This document shows, piece by piece, positions 34,406 to 43,719 of a stretch of DNA of 64,000 nt. Source of the DNA: Eubacteriales bacterium. Its GTDB lineage: Bacteria; Bacillota; Clostridia; Oscillospirales; CAG-272. Positions within the stretch are counted from its first letter, which is position 1. The number at the start of each line of letters is the position of its first letter. The DNA is taken from assembly GCA_045632205.1 (NCBI GenBank), contig JAZQWH010000192.1, positions 361 to 64,360 on the forward strand. Reading direction: 5' to 3'. The translations under genes were made by a program, and so were the position numbers. The notes beneath the pieces are model-generated. The model ran no database searches and was not told where the DNA came from. It saw nothing but the letters and a program-made list of their open reading frames with translations.

Positions 34406-35959
34406 TCAGATGACCTCCTCCTTTATTTTAGTCGGCTTCTTCGGCTTTTTGATGACGGAATAGTCAAGGAAGGTCTCCTGCTCGGAGATCAAGCGCTTGA
34501 CCGCCTTTCTCGCCTTGAGGTTGAAGATGAGACCGCAGATCTGAATGGAGATGATCGGCGTGAGCGCGACGAATGCAACACAGCCGAATGCCTGTGTCAG
34601 AACGTCTCCGCCAAGCTCAATGCAAGCCCCCTGTGCAAAGGGAAGCACAAACGCGCTCATCATAACGCCGCTGGCAACTCCACCCGAGTCAAATGCGATA
34701 CCCGTAATGAATTTGGGAACAAAGAAGCTCAGCCCGAGGGCGATGACGTATCCCGGAATGAGGATCCACAGAATGGAGATCCCCGTAAGTATGCGGAGCA
34801 TAGAAAGTCCAAGTGCGGCGGAAACACCGATCGAGAGCGAGATGCTCATCGTGCGCGAGGAGATCGCGCCTGCGGTGATCTGCTCGACCTGCTTGTTCAG
34901 GACGTAAACGGCAGGCTCTGCGGAAACGATGAAGTAACCGAAGATCATACCGATAGGCAGAATGACAAAGCCGTTTCCGAGCGATGCGAGCGATTGACCG
35001 AGCGAGGAGCCCGTGGGCAGAAAGCCCTCGTTTGCTCCCGTGAGGAAGATCATAAGTCCCACAAAGGTGTAGAGGAGACCGATCAGGATTCGAACCATTC
35101 GACGTCCGTTAAACGCGCGGGTAACGAGCTGGAAGAGCAGTGCAAATACCGCAATGGGGAGCAGGGCAATGCCGACCTCCTTGGCGTATTCGCCCAAGCC
35201 GTGGACGTAATGAACAACGCCCGCGCGCGTATCGGCGATCTGTGGCAAAACGGTTGCCGCGTGCTCGCCTCCGCTGACACCGCAGATGATTCCGAGCACC
35301 ATCACCGCAATGATGGGACCAACACTGCAGAGTGCGACCAGACCGAAGGCATCGTCATGTCCGTCCTTATCGGTTCGCATGCCTGCAACACCCGCACCGA
35401 TCGCCATAATAAAGGGAACGGTCATGGGCCCCGTGGTAACTCCGCCCGAGTCGAATGCCATTGCCCAGAATTCCTTGGGGACGAAGCAGCAGAGCAGAAA
35501 TACCACGGCGTAAAAGCCGATGAGAAGCTTGGAAAGGCTGATGTGGAAGATCATACGGAGCATTGCGATGACGAGAAATACGCCAACACCGACCGAGACC
35601 GAAAGAATGAGCGCAAGCTCGGGAATATCGCGCGAGACCTGGCTTGCAAGGATCTGCAAATCGGGCTCGGAGATGGTGACCATAATACCGATGACAAAGC
35701 TGACGAATGCGATCAACCAGACCTTGTTGGAGGAGGCAAGCGAAGCACCGATCTTGGAGCCGAGCGGCTGCATTGCCATTTCTGCGCCGATGGTGAAGAT
35801 CGAAAGTCCGAGGATCAGACAGAACACGCCAATGAGGAAGAGCAGAAAGGTTCCCGGCTCCATAGGCGAGATGGTGATCGAGAGCGCTGCCACCACCGCG
35901 GCAATCGGCCAGATGGACTGCAGGGATTCGATCAGCTTGGATTTGATAATACCGTTCAA
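34406..35959 (-). CDS. DUF1538-family polytopic membrane protein
   Basis: 517 aa with internally duplicated hydrophobic halves containing FDSGGV(T/A)(T/S)G motifs. Confidence 0.7.
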   Translation of the reverse strand: MNGIIKSKLIESLQSIWPIAAVVAALSITISPMEPGTFLLFLIGVFCLILGLSIFTIGAEMAMQPLGSKIGASLASSNKVWLIAFVSFVIGIMVTISEPDLQILASQVSRDIPELALILSVSVGVGVFLVIAMLRMIFHISLSKLLIGFYAVVFLLCCFVPKEFWAMAFDSGGVTTGPMTVPFIMAIGAGVAGMRTDKDGHDDAFGLVALCSVGPIIAVMVLGIICGVSGGEHAATVLPQIADTRAGVVHYVHGLGEYAKEVGIALLPIAVFALLFQLVTRAFNGRRMVRILIGLLYTFVGLMIFLTGANEGFLPTGSSLGQSLASLGNGFVILPIGMIFGYFIVSAEPAVYVLNKQVEQITAGAISSRTMSISLSIGVSAALGLSMLRILTGISILWILIPGYVIALGLSFFVPKFITGIAFDSGGVASGVMMSAFVLPFAQGACIELGGDVLTQAFGCVAFVALTPIISIQICGLIFNLKARKAVKRLISEQETFLDYSVIKKPKKPTKIKEEVI

Positions 35960-35983
35960 AATGAAGTCTCCTTTCGAAAGCGG

Positions 35984-36754
35984 TCAGAAGGTAACGCGGC
36001 TGACGCGAAGGACACGCTTGGCATCGGGATCGATCTCGAAGATCGCACCGTGTGCGCGTACCTCTCCGTCGGCAACGGTAAAATGAGCGGGGAGATGGGT
36101 GCGGAACCGACGGATGACCGTTTCAATATCGGTTCCGATGATGCTGCGAACGGGGCCGCACATGCCGAGATCGGTAATGTATCCGGAGCCCTTTGGCAAC
36201 ACCTGTGCATCGGCGGTGGCAACGTGCGTATGCGTGCCGAACATCATTTGTATTCTGCCGTCAAAATAATAGCCAAGCGCAAGCTTTTCGCTGGTCGTTT
36301 CGGCGTGAATGTCAAGGATGGCAAGGTCGTAATTTCCCGCCTCGCGCTTCAGGATTTTGTCAACCGTTTCAAAGGGGCAGGCAAGCGGCTCCATCAGCGC
36401 GCAGCCGCAGACGTTGACACAGAGCAGTCTCCAGCCGTCTGCCGTCACGATCGTATAGCCGCATCCGGGTGCCTCGGGCGGATAGTTTGCAGGACGGACG
36501 AGGCGTGCTTCGTTCTCAAGAACAGGGTAGAGATCCCGCATACCGTAGGTGTGATTGCCGAGCGTGACAACGTCGATCCCGCAATCAAGGAGAATGTGTG
36601 CGTCTCTTGCGCAAAGTCCGCGAACGTCGGTGGCGTTTTCGCCGTTTGCAATGACAAAATCAATGCCGTTTTTTTCGCGGAAGCTCCAGAGCCTTGTGCG
36701 GATATATTCAATTGCGTTGGTTCCTACGATGTCGCCCAGCGAAAGGATTTTCAT
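35984..36754 (-). CDS. ymdB: YmdB-like (TIGR00282-type) metallophosphoesterase
   Basis: MKILSLGDIVG...VIANGENA N-terminus and GNHT motif. The start was chosen at the conserved MKIL; the upstream Met at 36778 is also possible. Confidence 0.75.
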   Translation of the reverse strand: MKILSLGDIVGTNAIEYIRTRLWSFREKNGIDFVIANGENATDVRGLCARDAHILLDCGIDVVTLGNHTYGMRDLYPVLENEARLVRPANYPPEAPGCGYTIVTADGWRLLCVNVCGCALMEPLACPFETVDKILKREAGNYDLAILDIHAETTSEKLALGYYFDGRIQMMFGTHTHVATADAQVLPKGSGYITDLGMCGPVRSIIGTDIETVIRRFRTHLPAHFTVADGEVRAHGAIFEIDPDAKRVLRVSRVTF

Positions 36755-36928
36755 ATGCCTGTCAAACTCCGTTCTCATCTGTTTTCTACCTATTTTATCA
36801 TATAGGGATAGGATTGTCAATAGGGGGTAATGTAACCTCTTTGTAAATTTTCCGAGAGGAGTGGGGACTTTGTCATGTTTTACAAGAAATGGTGGTTGAT
36901 GGCAAGGAGGATTGTGTCATCTGCTCTG

Positions 36929-36957
36929 TTGACAACGCAAAAGAAATCGTGTATAAT
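36929..36957 (+). promoter_or_regulatory. Promoter TTGACA-N17-TATAAT for the folT-folC leader
   Basis: ttgaca 36929-36934 and tataat 36952-36957. Confidence 0.7.
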
Positions 36958-36989
36958 ATTTATGTGTGTCCTTGGGCACAAATAACCAT

Positions 36990-37104
36990 GAAGAGTAAAG
37001 GCGTGGGCGTTGGTACGTCCGCAGTGCCGTCTGGACGGGGAGTTGTCAGACGGACGAAAAGTCTCTATCGTTGAGCTTACGGTTCACGCCTTGCATCCCG
37101 CTTC
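36990..37104 (+). promoter_or_regulatory. THF (tetrahydrofolate) riboswitch
   Basis: GAAGAGUAA..AGGCGUG..GGCGUU..GGGGAG..ACGAAAAG..CACGCCU UGCAUCCCGCUUC. The conserved blocks and the P1 (GAAG/CUUC) and P2 (AGGCGUG/CACGCCU) pairings match the known THF-I architecture. It lies upstream of a folate-type ECF S component. Confidence 0.75.
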
Positions 37105-37183
37105 GTATGGCAAGCAAGAATTCGGAATCCGTAATATCATTACCTTCCTGTTCTGCCGTATGGGTGGAAAAGGAGGTATTTTT

Positions 37184-37747
37184 ATGAGTCGTTCCTTGTC
37201 CGCGCGCTCCAACATCTACCGCATTGCAGTTGATGCGCTGTTCGTTGCTCTGTACGTTATTTTGGGGACTTATCTGTCCTTTAAAATTCCCGGAGCAATC
37301 CAGATCTCGTTTTCTACGCTGCCGATCCTGCTTTGTGCATTTCTGTTTCATCCCTCGGATGCTGTTGCAGTGGCGGTGATCGGAAATCTGCTTGAGCAGA
37401 TCATCGATCCGTCTCCCTATGGATTTGCCACGCTCCTGATCTGGCTGATCCCCGGTGCGGTACAGGCGTTGGTGGCTTCCCTCGGTGCGCAGCTTGTACA
37501 CCGTGCGGCTTCCAAAAAGCGAGCGTTGATCCTGATGATCGCGGTCATCGTGTGTGCGGATCTGGTGCTGACTTTGCTCAACACGGGCGCCCTGTATCTG
37601 GATGGATACCTTCTGGATTATCCCGTAAAGGCGTTGCATTTGCTGATGCCGATGCGTGTGGTCAATGCGATCGTGCGGAGCGTAATTTCCTGCATTCTCT
37701 TGCCTCTTTTGTTGCCACCCTTAAAGCGTGTGCTTGCAAGATGGTAA
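37184..37747 (+). CDS. folT: ECF transporter S component, folate family (tentative)
   Basis: 187-aa six-TM-like protein. RBS aaaggagg. Preceded by the THF riboswitch and followed by folC. Confidence 0.6.
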   Translation: MSRSLSARSNIYRIAVDALFVALYVILGTYLSFKIPGAIQISFSTLPILLCAFLFHPSDAVAVAVIGNLLEQIIDPSPYGFATLLIWLIPGAVQALVASLGAQLVHRAASKKRALILMIAVIVCADLVLTLLNTGALYLDGYLLDYPVKALHLLMPMRVVNAIVRSVISCILLPLLLPPLKRVLARW

Positions 37748-37910
37748 TCAGATAACCGATCTACCGAAAACGATTTGAGCATACAGATCGTTTTTTACGG
37801 CGTTTCTCTCAAAGCCGTCAATCTTTTCCCCGGGAGCGGGTGCTCCCAATCACGCGGCGTTGCTCCCAATGGACGTCGCGTCATTTGTGTGTAAGGAAGG
37901 ATTTTTCACT

Positions 37911-39200
37911 ATGACTTGCGAAGAAGCGATCCAATACATTCACGCGGCGAGCCACAATTCCGACAAGCCGGGATTGGAGCGTATGCGCGCACTGCTCAGC
38001 CTGCTGGGGGACCCGCAGGACCGTTTGCAGTATATCCACGTAGCGGGAACGAACGGAAAGGGCAGCGTTTGCGCAATGCTCGATTCGATCCTGACTGCGG
38101 CGGGCTACCGCACGGGACGCTATACCTCTCCCTTTATCCGTATCTTCAACGAGCGCATCTGCGTTTGCGGTACTCCTATTTCGAACGAATCGCTGGCAAG
38201 CTTGACCGAGCAGGTCAAGGCGGCGGCAGAGCAAACGGGCTTGTCCTTTTGCGAATTTGAGCTGATCACAGCGGTTGGCTTCCTCTATTTTGTGCAGGAG
38301 CAGGTTGACGTGGTCGTGCTTGAGGTTGGACTCGGCGGGCGCTTTGATTCCACAAACGTGATCAAAAATCCGCTTCTCTCCATCATTACGGGAATTGATT
38401 TTGATCATACCAAGCTGCTCGGAAATACCCTGCAAAAGATTGCCGCAGAAAAGGCGGGAATTATCAAAGAGGGATGCCCCTGCATTTACGGCGGCGGAAA
38501 GACCTCGGTTGGAAGAGTTCTTTCGATGCTTGCCGCTCAGCAGAATGCACCGATCTATTCGGTCGATCGCCGCAAATTCAATCTGCTTGAAATGACGCTT
38601 GAGGGGACGAGATTTGATTTCGGAGAATACCGTGACGTCTATCTCTCGCTCCTGGGCAGCCATCAGCTTTCAAACGTTCAGACCGTGATGACCGCACTTG
38701 AGGTCTTGGCGACGCGTGGAATTGCGGTGGAAGAGGAGGCTGTTCGCCGCGGACTTGCATCGGTTCGTTGGCCCGCGCGCTTTGAGCTGCTTTCGCGTGA
38801 TCCGTTGATCATCTATGACGGTGCGCATAATCCGCACGGTGTCCGTGCGCTGATCAAGAGCATAGAGACCTATTTCCCCGAGGAGACCGTCAACGTTTTG
38901 TCCGGGGTAATGGCAGATAAGGATTACGGAGAAATGGTGGAAATGCTTCGTCCCGTTACCGAGCATGCATTTACCGTTACGCCTCCCGAAAATCCGCGTG
39001 CGTTGGAAGCGGAAAAATTTGCTCAGGTATTTGAGCGTCAAAGAATTCCCGTAGAGGCGTATTCCACGCTTCGTGCGGGGATCGATGCAGCACTTGCAAG
39101 CAGCCGCGAGAACGGAAAGCCAATTCTTTGTCTCGGCTCGCTCTATCTCTATGCGGCATTGGCTCGGGAGCTTGAAGAGGCTCTTAAAAAAGGAGAATGA
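37911..39200 (+). CDS. folC: Folylpolyglutamate synthase / dihydrofolate synthase
   Basis: P-loop HVAGTNGKGS and Mur-ligase-like domains. Start taken at MTCEEAIQYIH. Confidence 0.9.
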   Translation: MTCEEAIQYIHAASHNSDKPGLERMRALLSLLGDPQDRLQYIHVAGTNGKGSVCAMLDSILTAAGYRTGRYTSPFIRIFNERICVCGTPISNESLASLTEQVKAAAEQTGLSFCEFELITAVGFLYFVQEQVDVVVLEVGLGGRFDSTNVIKNPLLSIITGIDFDHTKLLGNTLQKIAAEKAGIIKEGCPCIYGGGKTSVGRVLSMLAAQQNAPIYSVDRRKFNLLEMTLEGTRFDFGEYRDVYLSLLGSHQLSNVQTVMTALEVLATRGIAVEEEAVRRGLASVRWPARFELLSRDPLIIYDGAHNPHGVRALIKSIETYFPEETVNVLSGVMADKDYGEMVEMLRPVTEHAFTVTPPENPRALEAEKFAQVFERQRIPVEAYSTLRAGIDAALASSRENGKPILCLGSLYLYAALARELEEALKKGE

Positions 39201-39227
39201 CAGGCGAAACGTCTGCATTTCTATAAA

Positions 39228-39268
39228 CGTGAGTTCGTAACCATCCTCACGAAAAACAAAACTAAGGA
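39228..39268 (+). promoter_or_regulatory. preQ1-I riboswitch
   Basis: CGUGAG UUCGUAACCAUC CUCACG AAAAACAAAACUAAGGAG. A short P1 hairpin is followed by an A-rich tail ending in CUAAGG that overlaps the RBS, as in known preQ1-I aptamers. It lies upstream of a QueT-domain gene. Confidence 0.75.
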
Positions 39269-39277
39269 GAAAAAAGA

Positions 39278-41146
39278 ATGATGAGAAGATCGGCAACCCA
39301 ACAGCGATTGCTCTCCGCTTGTGCGGCAGGGCTGATCGCAGCACTTTACACGGTGCTCACAGTTATTGTGGGCGCATTCGGACTTGCAAACGGTGCCATC
39401 CAGCTTCGCGTATCGGAGGCACTTTGTGTGCTTCCGTTTTTTCTTCCTGCGGCGATTCCGGGACTTACGGTTGGATGCTTGCTTTCCAATCTGCTCCTCG
39501 GTGCGCTCTGGCAGGACGTGATTTTTGGAACGCTTGCAACCCTGATCGGCGCCATAGGAACCTACCTTTTGCGTCGTACAAGCAAGTGGCTTTTGCCAAT
39601 CCCGACAGTTGTGGCAAATACGGTCATCGTCCCCTTCGTGCTGGCATATGCATACGGCGCGGAGGACGGACTTTGGTTTTTGATGCTGACGGTGGGACTC
39701 GGTGAGGTCCTGTCCGCGTACGTACTCGGAATGGTATTTTTTGCGGCACTCTCGCGCCGTTCGGGCATTTTTGCGGGCTTTTCAAGGGGTGAGCGAGCAT
39801 CCGCACGATCGGAATCGTTTGCCATCGAGCCTCCTGATCCCGTGCGCGAGGCGATTGAAATGCTGGAGGGTGCGGGCTTTGAGGCTTATGCCGTTGGCGG
39901 ATGTGTGCGCGATTCCATTATCGGACGCGCCCCCAATGATTGGGACATTAACACCTCCGCGCGTCCCGAGGAAACCGCACGCGTGTTTGCTTCCTATCGC
40001 ACGGTCGAAACGGGGATCAAGCACGGCACGCTCACCGTTCTGATCGGCGGAATGTCGCTTGAAATTACCACGTTCCGCTGTGACGGAGAATATCTCGACA
40101 ATCGCCATCCCGCATCGGTCACCTTTGCGCGCCGCGTGGAGGATGATCTTTCAAGACGTGATTTCACGGTCAATGCGATGGCATATCATCCCAGACGTGG
40201 GTTGGTGGATCTTTTCGGAGGCAGGGAAGACCTTTCGCGCCGTCGGATCGCCTGTGTGGGGGATGCCAAAACGCGCTTTGAGGAGGACGGACTTCGCATT
40301 CTGCGTGCCATCCGCTTCGCCTCGGTGCTGGATTTTGAAATTGAGGAGAGAACGGCGGAGGCGATCCATTCCTGCCGCGCGTTGCTTGCCAATATTGCCG
40401 CAGAGCGCTTGCGTGAGGAGCTTTGCAAACTGATCTGCGGTGTGGGAGCGATCCGTATCCTGCGGGAGTACCACGACGTCATTGAGGTGTTCATTCCCGA
40501 ATTTGCTTCGTGCGTGGGCTTTGCACAGAATACCAAATACCATTGCTACGACGTTTACGAGCATACTCTGCACGCGTTGGAGCAGGAGCGCGACGGCGAT
40601 CTTTGCACCCGTCTCGCCATCCTCCTCCACGATATCGGAAAGCCGCGGTGCTATACCGAGGATGAGCAGGGCGGACACTTCAAGGGACACGGCGCGGTCG
40701 GCACGGAGATGACCGATGAGATCCTCTCTCGCCTGCGCTTCGACAACGAGACCCGTGAGCGTGTGGTGCGGCTCTGTGAATATCACGATCGCGAGATCCC
40801 CGCCGAGGCGAGATCGGTCAAGCGGCTGATGCGGGTATTCTCGGATGAGGATATTTTGCGCTTGATGGAGGTCAAGCGCTGTGACCGCGTGGCGCACGCA
40901 GAGGGCTATAACGTTCCCTCCGAGGCACTTGCGGCGATCCCGCAGACCGTCAAAGCGATCCGCGAGGCAGACGCGTGCATCTCCCTGCGTACGCTTGCGG
41001 TAAAGGGTGACGATCTGATGGCGATCGGCATTCCCAAGGGGCGCGAGATCGGTCGGATCCTCTCCGAATTGCTGGATTCCGTGATGGATGAAGCATTGCC
41101 AAACGAGCGTGAAGCGCTTCTTGAAGCGGCAAGGAAAATGAAATAA
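39278..41146 (+). CDS. Fusion protein: QueT-like queuosine-precursor transporter domain plus CCA tRNA nucleotidyltransferase (with HD domain)
   Basis: aa 1-~165 form a hydrophobic QueT-like domain (RVSEALCVLPFF..). From ~aa 185 the sequence shows AYAVGGCVRDSIIGR..NDWDI, RDFTVNAM and an HD region (LLHDIGKP). There is no stop or internal start between the two parts. Confidence 0.8.
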   Translation: MMRRSATQQRLLSACAAGLIAALYTVLTVIVGAFGLANGAIQLRVSEALCVLPFFLPAAIPGLTVGCLLSNLLLGALWQDVIFGTLATLIGAIGTYLLRRTSKWLLPIPTVVANTVIVPFVLAYAYGAEDGLWFLMLTVGLGEVLSAYVLGMVFFAALSRRSGIFAGFSRGERASARSESFAIEPPDPVREAIEMLEGAGFEAYAVGGCVRDSIIGRAPNDWDINTSARPEETARVFASYRTVETGIKHGTLTVLIGGMSLEITTFRCDGEYLDNRHPASVTFARRVEDDLSRRDFTVNAMAYHPRRGLVDLFGGREDLSRRRIACVGDAKTRFEEDGLRILRAIRFASVLDFEIEERTAEAIHSCRALLANIAAERLREELCKLICGVGAIRILREYHDVIEVFIPEFASCVGFAQNTKYHCYDVYEHTLHALEQERDGDLCTRLAILLHDIGKPRCYTEDEQGGHFKGHGAVGTEMTDEILSRLRFDNETRERVVRLCEYHDREIPAEARSVKRLMRVFSDEDILRLMEVKRCDRVAHAEGYNVPSEALAAIPQTVKAIREADACISLRTLAVKGDDLMAIGIPKGREIGRILSELLDSVMDEALPNEREALLEAARKMK

Positions 41147-41150
41147 AAGA

Positions 41151-41184
41151 GATCCCGTACGTCTTGAACGTACGGGATCCTTTT
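41151..41184. terminator. Bidirectional terminator
   Basis: gatcccgtacg/cgtacgggatc hairpin flanked by aaaa and tttt. Confidence 0.8.
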
Positions 41185-41185
41185 G

Positions 41186-41998
41186 TTAAAACCAGCTTGC
41201 CACGATTCGGATGGCGCGGATGGCGAGTGCGAGAACGACCCAAAATGCCGAAAACGCAATGACAAGGCAGAACAATGACATCGCGCGCAAATTCCAAAGC
41301 CAAAGAAAGCGGACGATTGCCTCCGACGCGCCAAGCGCCATTGTGGGGATGGCGAAAAGCAGGATGAGGAGAAGATAGAGGGGAAGTGCGCCTGTGGCGG
41401 ATTTGATGTCCTGCCAGCTCAGCGACACGTGAAGCGAGACAGGGAGGATGATCAGGATTCCGATGAGGCTCCGCAACCAATTTTCTCCGAATGCGCGGAA
41501 GAGATTGGCGAAGAGGGAGAGCAGCGTGGAGAGGTAGCCTCCGAATCCCACGTCTGAGGCAAGCATCTCGCGAGAGGCGGAAAGATATGCCTGCCATTGG
41601 GTGGGGAAGCAGATCCAAAGTGCCAGGATGATGACGGCAAGTCCGCTGAAGATCGGCCCGACGCCGATAAAGAGACTGCCAAGTCTTGCCCAGGGATTTT
41701 TGCGGTTATAGTTGTGCTCAACGTAGCCGTAAACGCCGCCCGCGTGTCCCGGAGACCATAGGCTCATCCGTGTGATGCGGTGCGCAAAGAGGAGGCACAT
41801 TGCGGCATGTCCAAGCTCGTGGATGGGTGTGCCGATGGCGGCGGTGACGTCAAAGACCTTTCCAAAGCCTGTGCCCGAAAGGCGCGCAAAGGTGCGAGAG
41901 AAGAAGCGCACGGCAAAGCCGCAAAGCAGGATCACGCCAAGCGTCAGCCCGAGCAGCTCTAAAAAATAGATCAAAAACTGTTTGATTGCATCGCTCAT
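41186..41998 (-). CDS. Polytopic membrane protein with HExxH motif (putative membrane metalloprotease, DUF3267-like)
   Basis: IHELGHAAM motif between TM segments. 270 aa. Confidence 0.6.
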   Translation of the reverse strand: MSDAIKQFLIYFLELLGLTLGVILLCGFAVRFFSRTFARLSGTGFGKVFDVTAAIGTPIHELGHAAMCLLFAHRITRMSLWSPGHAGGVYGYVEHNYNRKNPWARLGSLFIGVGPIFSGLAVIILALWICFPTQWQAYLSASREMLASDVGFGGYLSTLLSLFANLFRAFGENWLRSLIGILIILPVSLHVSLSWQDIKSATGALPLYLLLILLFAIPTMALGASEAIVRFLWLWNLRAMSLFCLVIAFSAFWVVLALAIRAIRIVASWF

Positions 41999-42097
41999 AA
42001 CATACCTCCGAGGGGGGAATGCTATTATTATAGCCCGATTTTAGGGATTTGTCAAGAAAAAACGACCTCCGCTTGGCGGAGGCCGTTTGATTTTTGA

Positions 42098-43531
42098 TTA
42101 CTGAACCTTGTTCTGGTCGATGTACCAGAAGTTTCCGTCGCTGTCCTTGATGAAGTAGACGGAGTAGTTGCTTCCGTAGGTACCCTTTGCGAGTACGGTT
42201 ACGGTCGTGCCTGCTGCGAGAGGATCACTGTACTTGTTGTCGGTTCCAAGCTCGGGAGCGAGGTAACGGTATGCACCGCCTGCAACGACGGTCTTGGTAA
42301 CGGGCGTGCAAGCCGTGATGGAATCGTACTTCTCGTAGTCGTTTGCCTTGGGAGTGGTTGCACCGCCCTGAATGAGGGTGATGAAGTTTGCGGAAACGAA
42401 GTAGTAGCCCTCTGCGGTATCGTCGTCAGAGAACTTGATGAGGTACCATTCCGCATAGTTGCCCTTGCCCTCAGCGTAGACAGTAACCTCGTCGCCCTTG
42501 TAGATCTTGCCGACCTTGTTATCATCCTCGGTGGTGGGGGTGGAACGAACGGTCAGGGGAGTGGTTCCGAGATCGGCGGAAGCCCACATTTTCTTGGGAG
42601 TGGTGTATTCCTCGAGATCAAAGTGAGAGATCAGCGTCTCAAACTTGGTATTGTCCACACCTGCGAGGTTGCTGAGGAAATCTGCACGGATGTAAGCCTT
42701 GAATGCTGCGGATGCGGGATCGCCGGGATCGGTCAGAACCTGAACCTGTGCCCACTTCTCGGTGTTGATGGTGGTGATGGAAAGAACGGTGACCTCCATA
42801 CCCTTGCTGTAAGAGCCGAGGGACTGGGAGTATGCCTTGGAGGAGGGATACTTTCTGAGGTTGACGCCGTTCGAATTGAGTGTCATCTTCTTGGGAGTAG
42901 TGAACTTGTCGCGCTCGAACTTTCCTTCAAAGTCGCCGAGGTCTGCGAGAGAGGGAACGTCGCCCTCCTCAAAGTAGTCCTTGGAGACGTAGTACTTCTT
43001 GCCGTCCATACGGATCTGATACCAGCTCTCGTTTTCCGCAGTAACGGTGATGAGATCGTTCATAATGAGCTTCTTGACGAAGGTCTTTTCATTTGCAAGG
43101 TAGTGTGCGGTGGGGTAGGAGCGAACGTTGACACCCTCGGTGATGGCGTGCATCACGCGCTCGGGGGAAACTGCCGTAAAGGATTTAAGACCGAGGTCAT
43201 CGGTGGTGAGGTAATCGGACATTACGTAGTATTCGGTATTCTCAAGCACAACGACACTCCAGTTCTTGCTGTACTTGATGCGCGTCATCTCGGTTGCAAA
43301 GGAGACCTGCTTGGGGGAGGTTGCGCTCGTGTTTGCCGCAGTTCTCAGGTTGAGCTCGTCTACAAGCGCGTAGACCGTCTCGTTGACCGCCTGGTAGCCG
43401 TCCGCATCGGTGATGATGGGATCGGTTGCGTTGGGATCGGTGGTTCCGGGGTTCTCGGCAGTGTTGTTACAAGCCACTGCGGACATTGCCATCAAGCCTG
43501 CGAGAAGGAGCGTAAGGATTCTTTTTTTCAT
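42098..43531 (-). CDS. Lipoprotein with repeated SH3b-like domains
   Basis: Lipobox SAVAC. Four repeats of the (L/V)N(L/V)R..P pattern typical of bacterial SH3 domains. Confidence 0.7.
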   Translation of the reverse strand: MKKRILTLLLAGLMAMSAVACNNTAENPGTTDPNATDPIITDADGYQAVNETVYALVDELNLRTAANTSATSPKQVSFATEMTRIKYSKNWSVVVLENTEYYVMSDYLTTDDLGLKSFTAVSPERVMHAITEGVNVRSYPTAHYLANEKTFVKKLIMNDLITVTAENESWYQIRMDGKKYYVSKDYFEEGDVPSLADLGDFEGKFERDKFTTPKKMTLNSNGVNLRKYPSSKAYSQSLGSYSKGMEVTVLSITTINTEKWAQVQVLTDPGDPASAAFKAYIRADFLSNLAGVDNTKFETLISHFDLEEYTTPKKMWASADLGTTPLTVRSTPTTEDDNKVGKIYKGDEVTVYAEGKGNYAEWYLIKFSDDDTAEGYYFVSANFITLIQGGATTPKANDYEKYDSITACTPVTKTVVAGGAYRYLAPELGTDNKYSDPLAAGTTVTVLAKGTYGSNYSVYFIKDSDGNFWYIDQNKVQ

Positions 43532-43719
43532 GTTTTTTTCGTCCTTTCTTTTCTATGTTCAATCAAATTATTTTCTCATCATGTTGGGGGTAAGCCCCCT
43601 TTTACACACTAAATATAGTATATCATATCAAAAAAATATTGTCAATAACGAAGTGCGGTTTTTTTGAAAATATTTTCACTCTTTTTTAGGGTTTTTTCCC
43701 CACTTTTCCAAGCGCTTCG

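Noticed and set aside
34253-36805. 850-aa plus-strand ORF.
   Set aside because: It is the antisense shadow of the DUF1538 and ymdB-like genes and has a low-complexity R/D/G/E/H-rich translation. The same reasoning applies to 37881-38663(-), 40151-40897(-), 43735-44715(+), 53683-55074(-), 56073-57290(+), 60940-61911(+) and 62657-63580(-).
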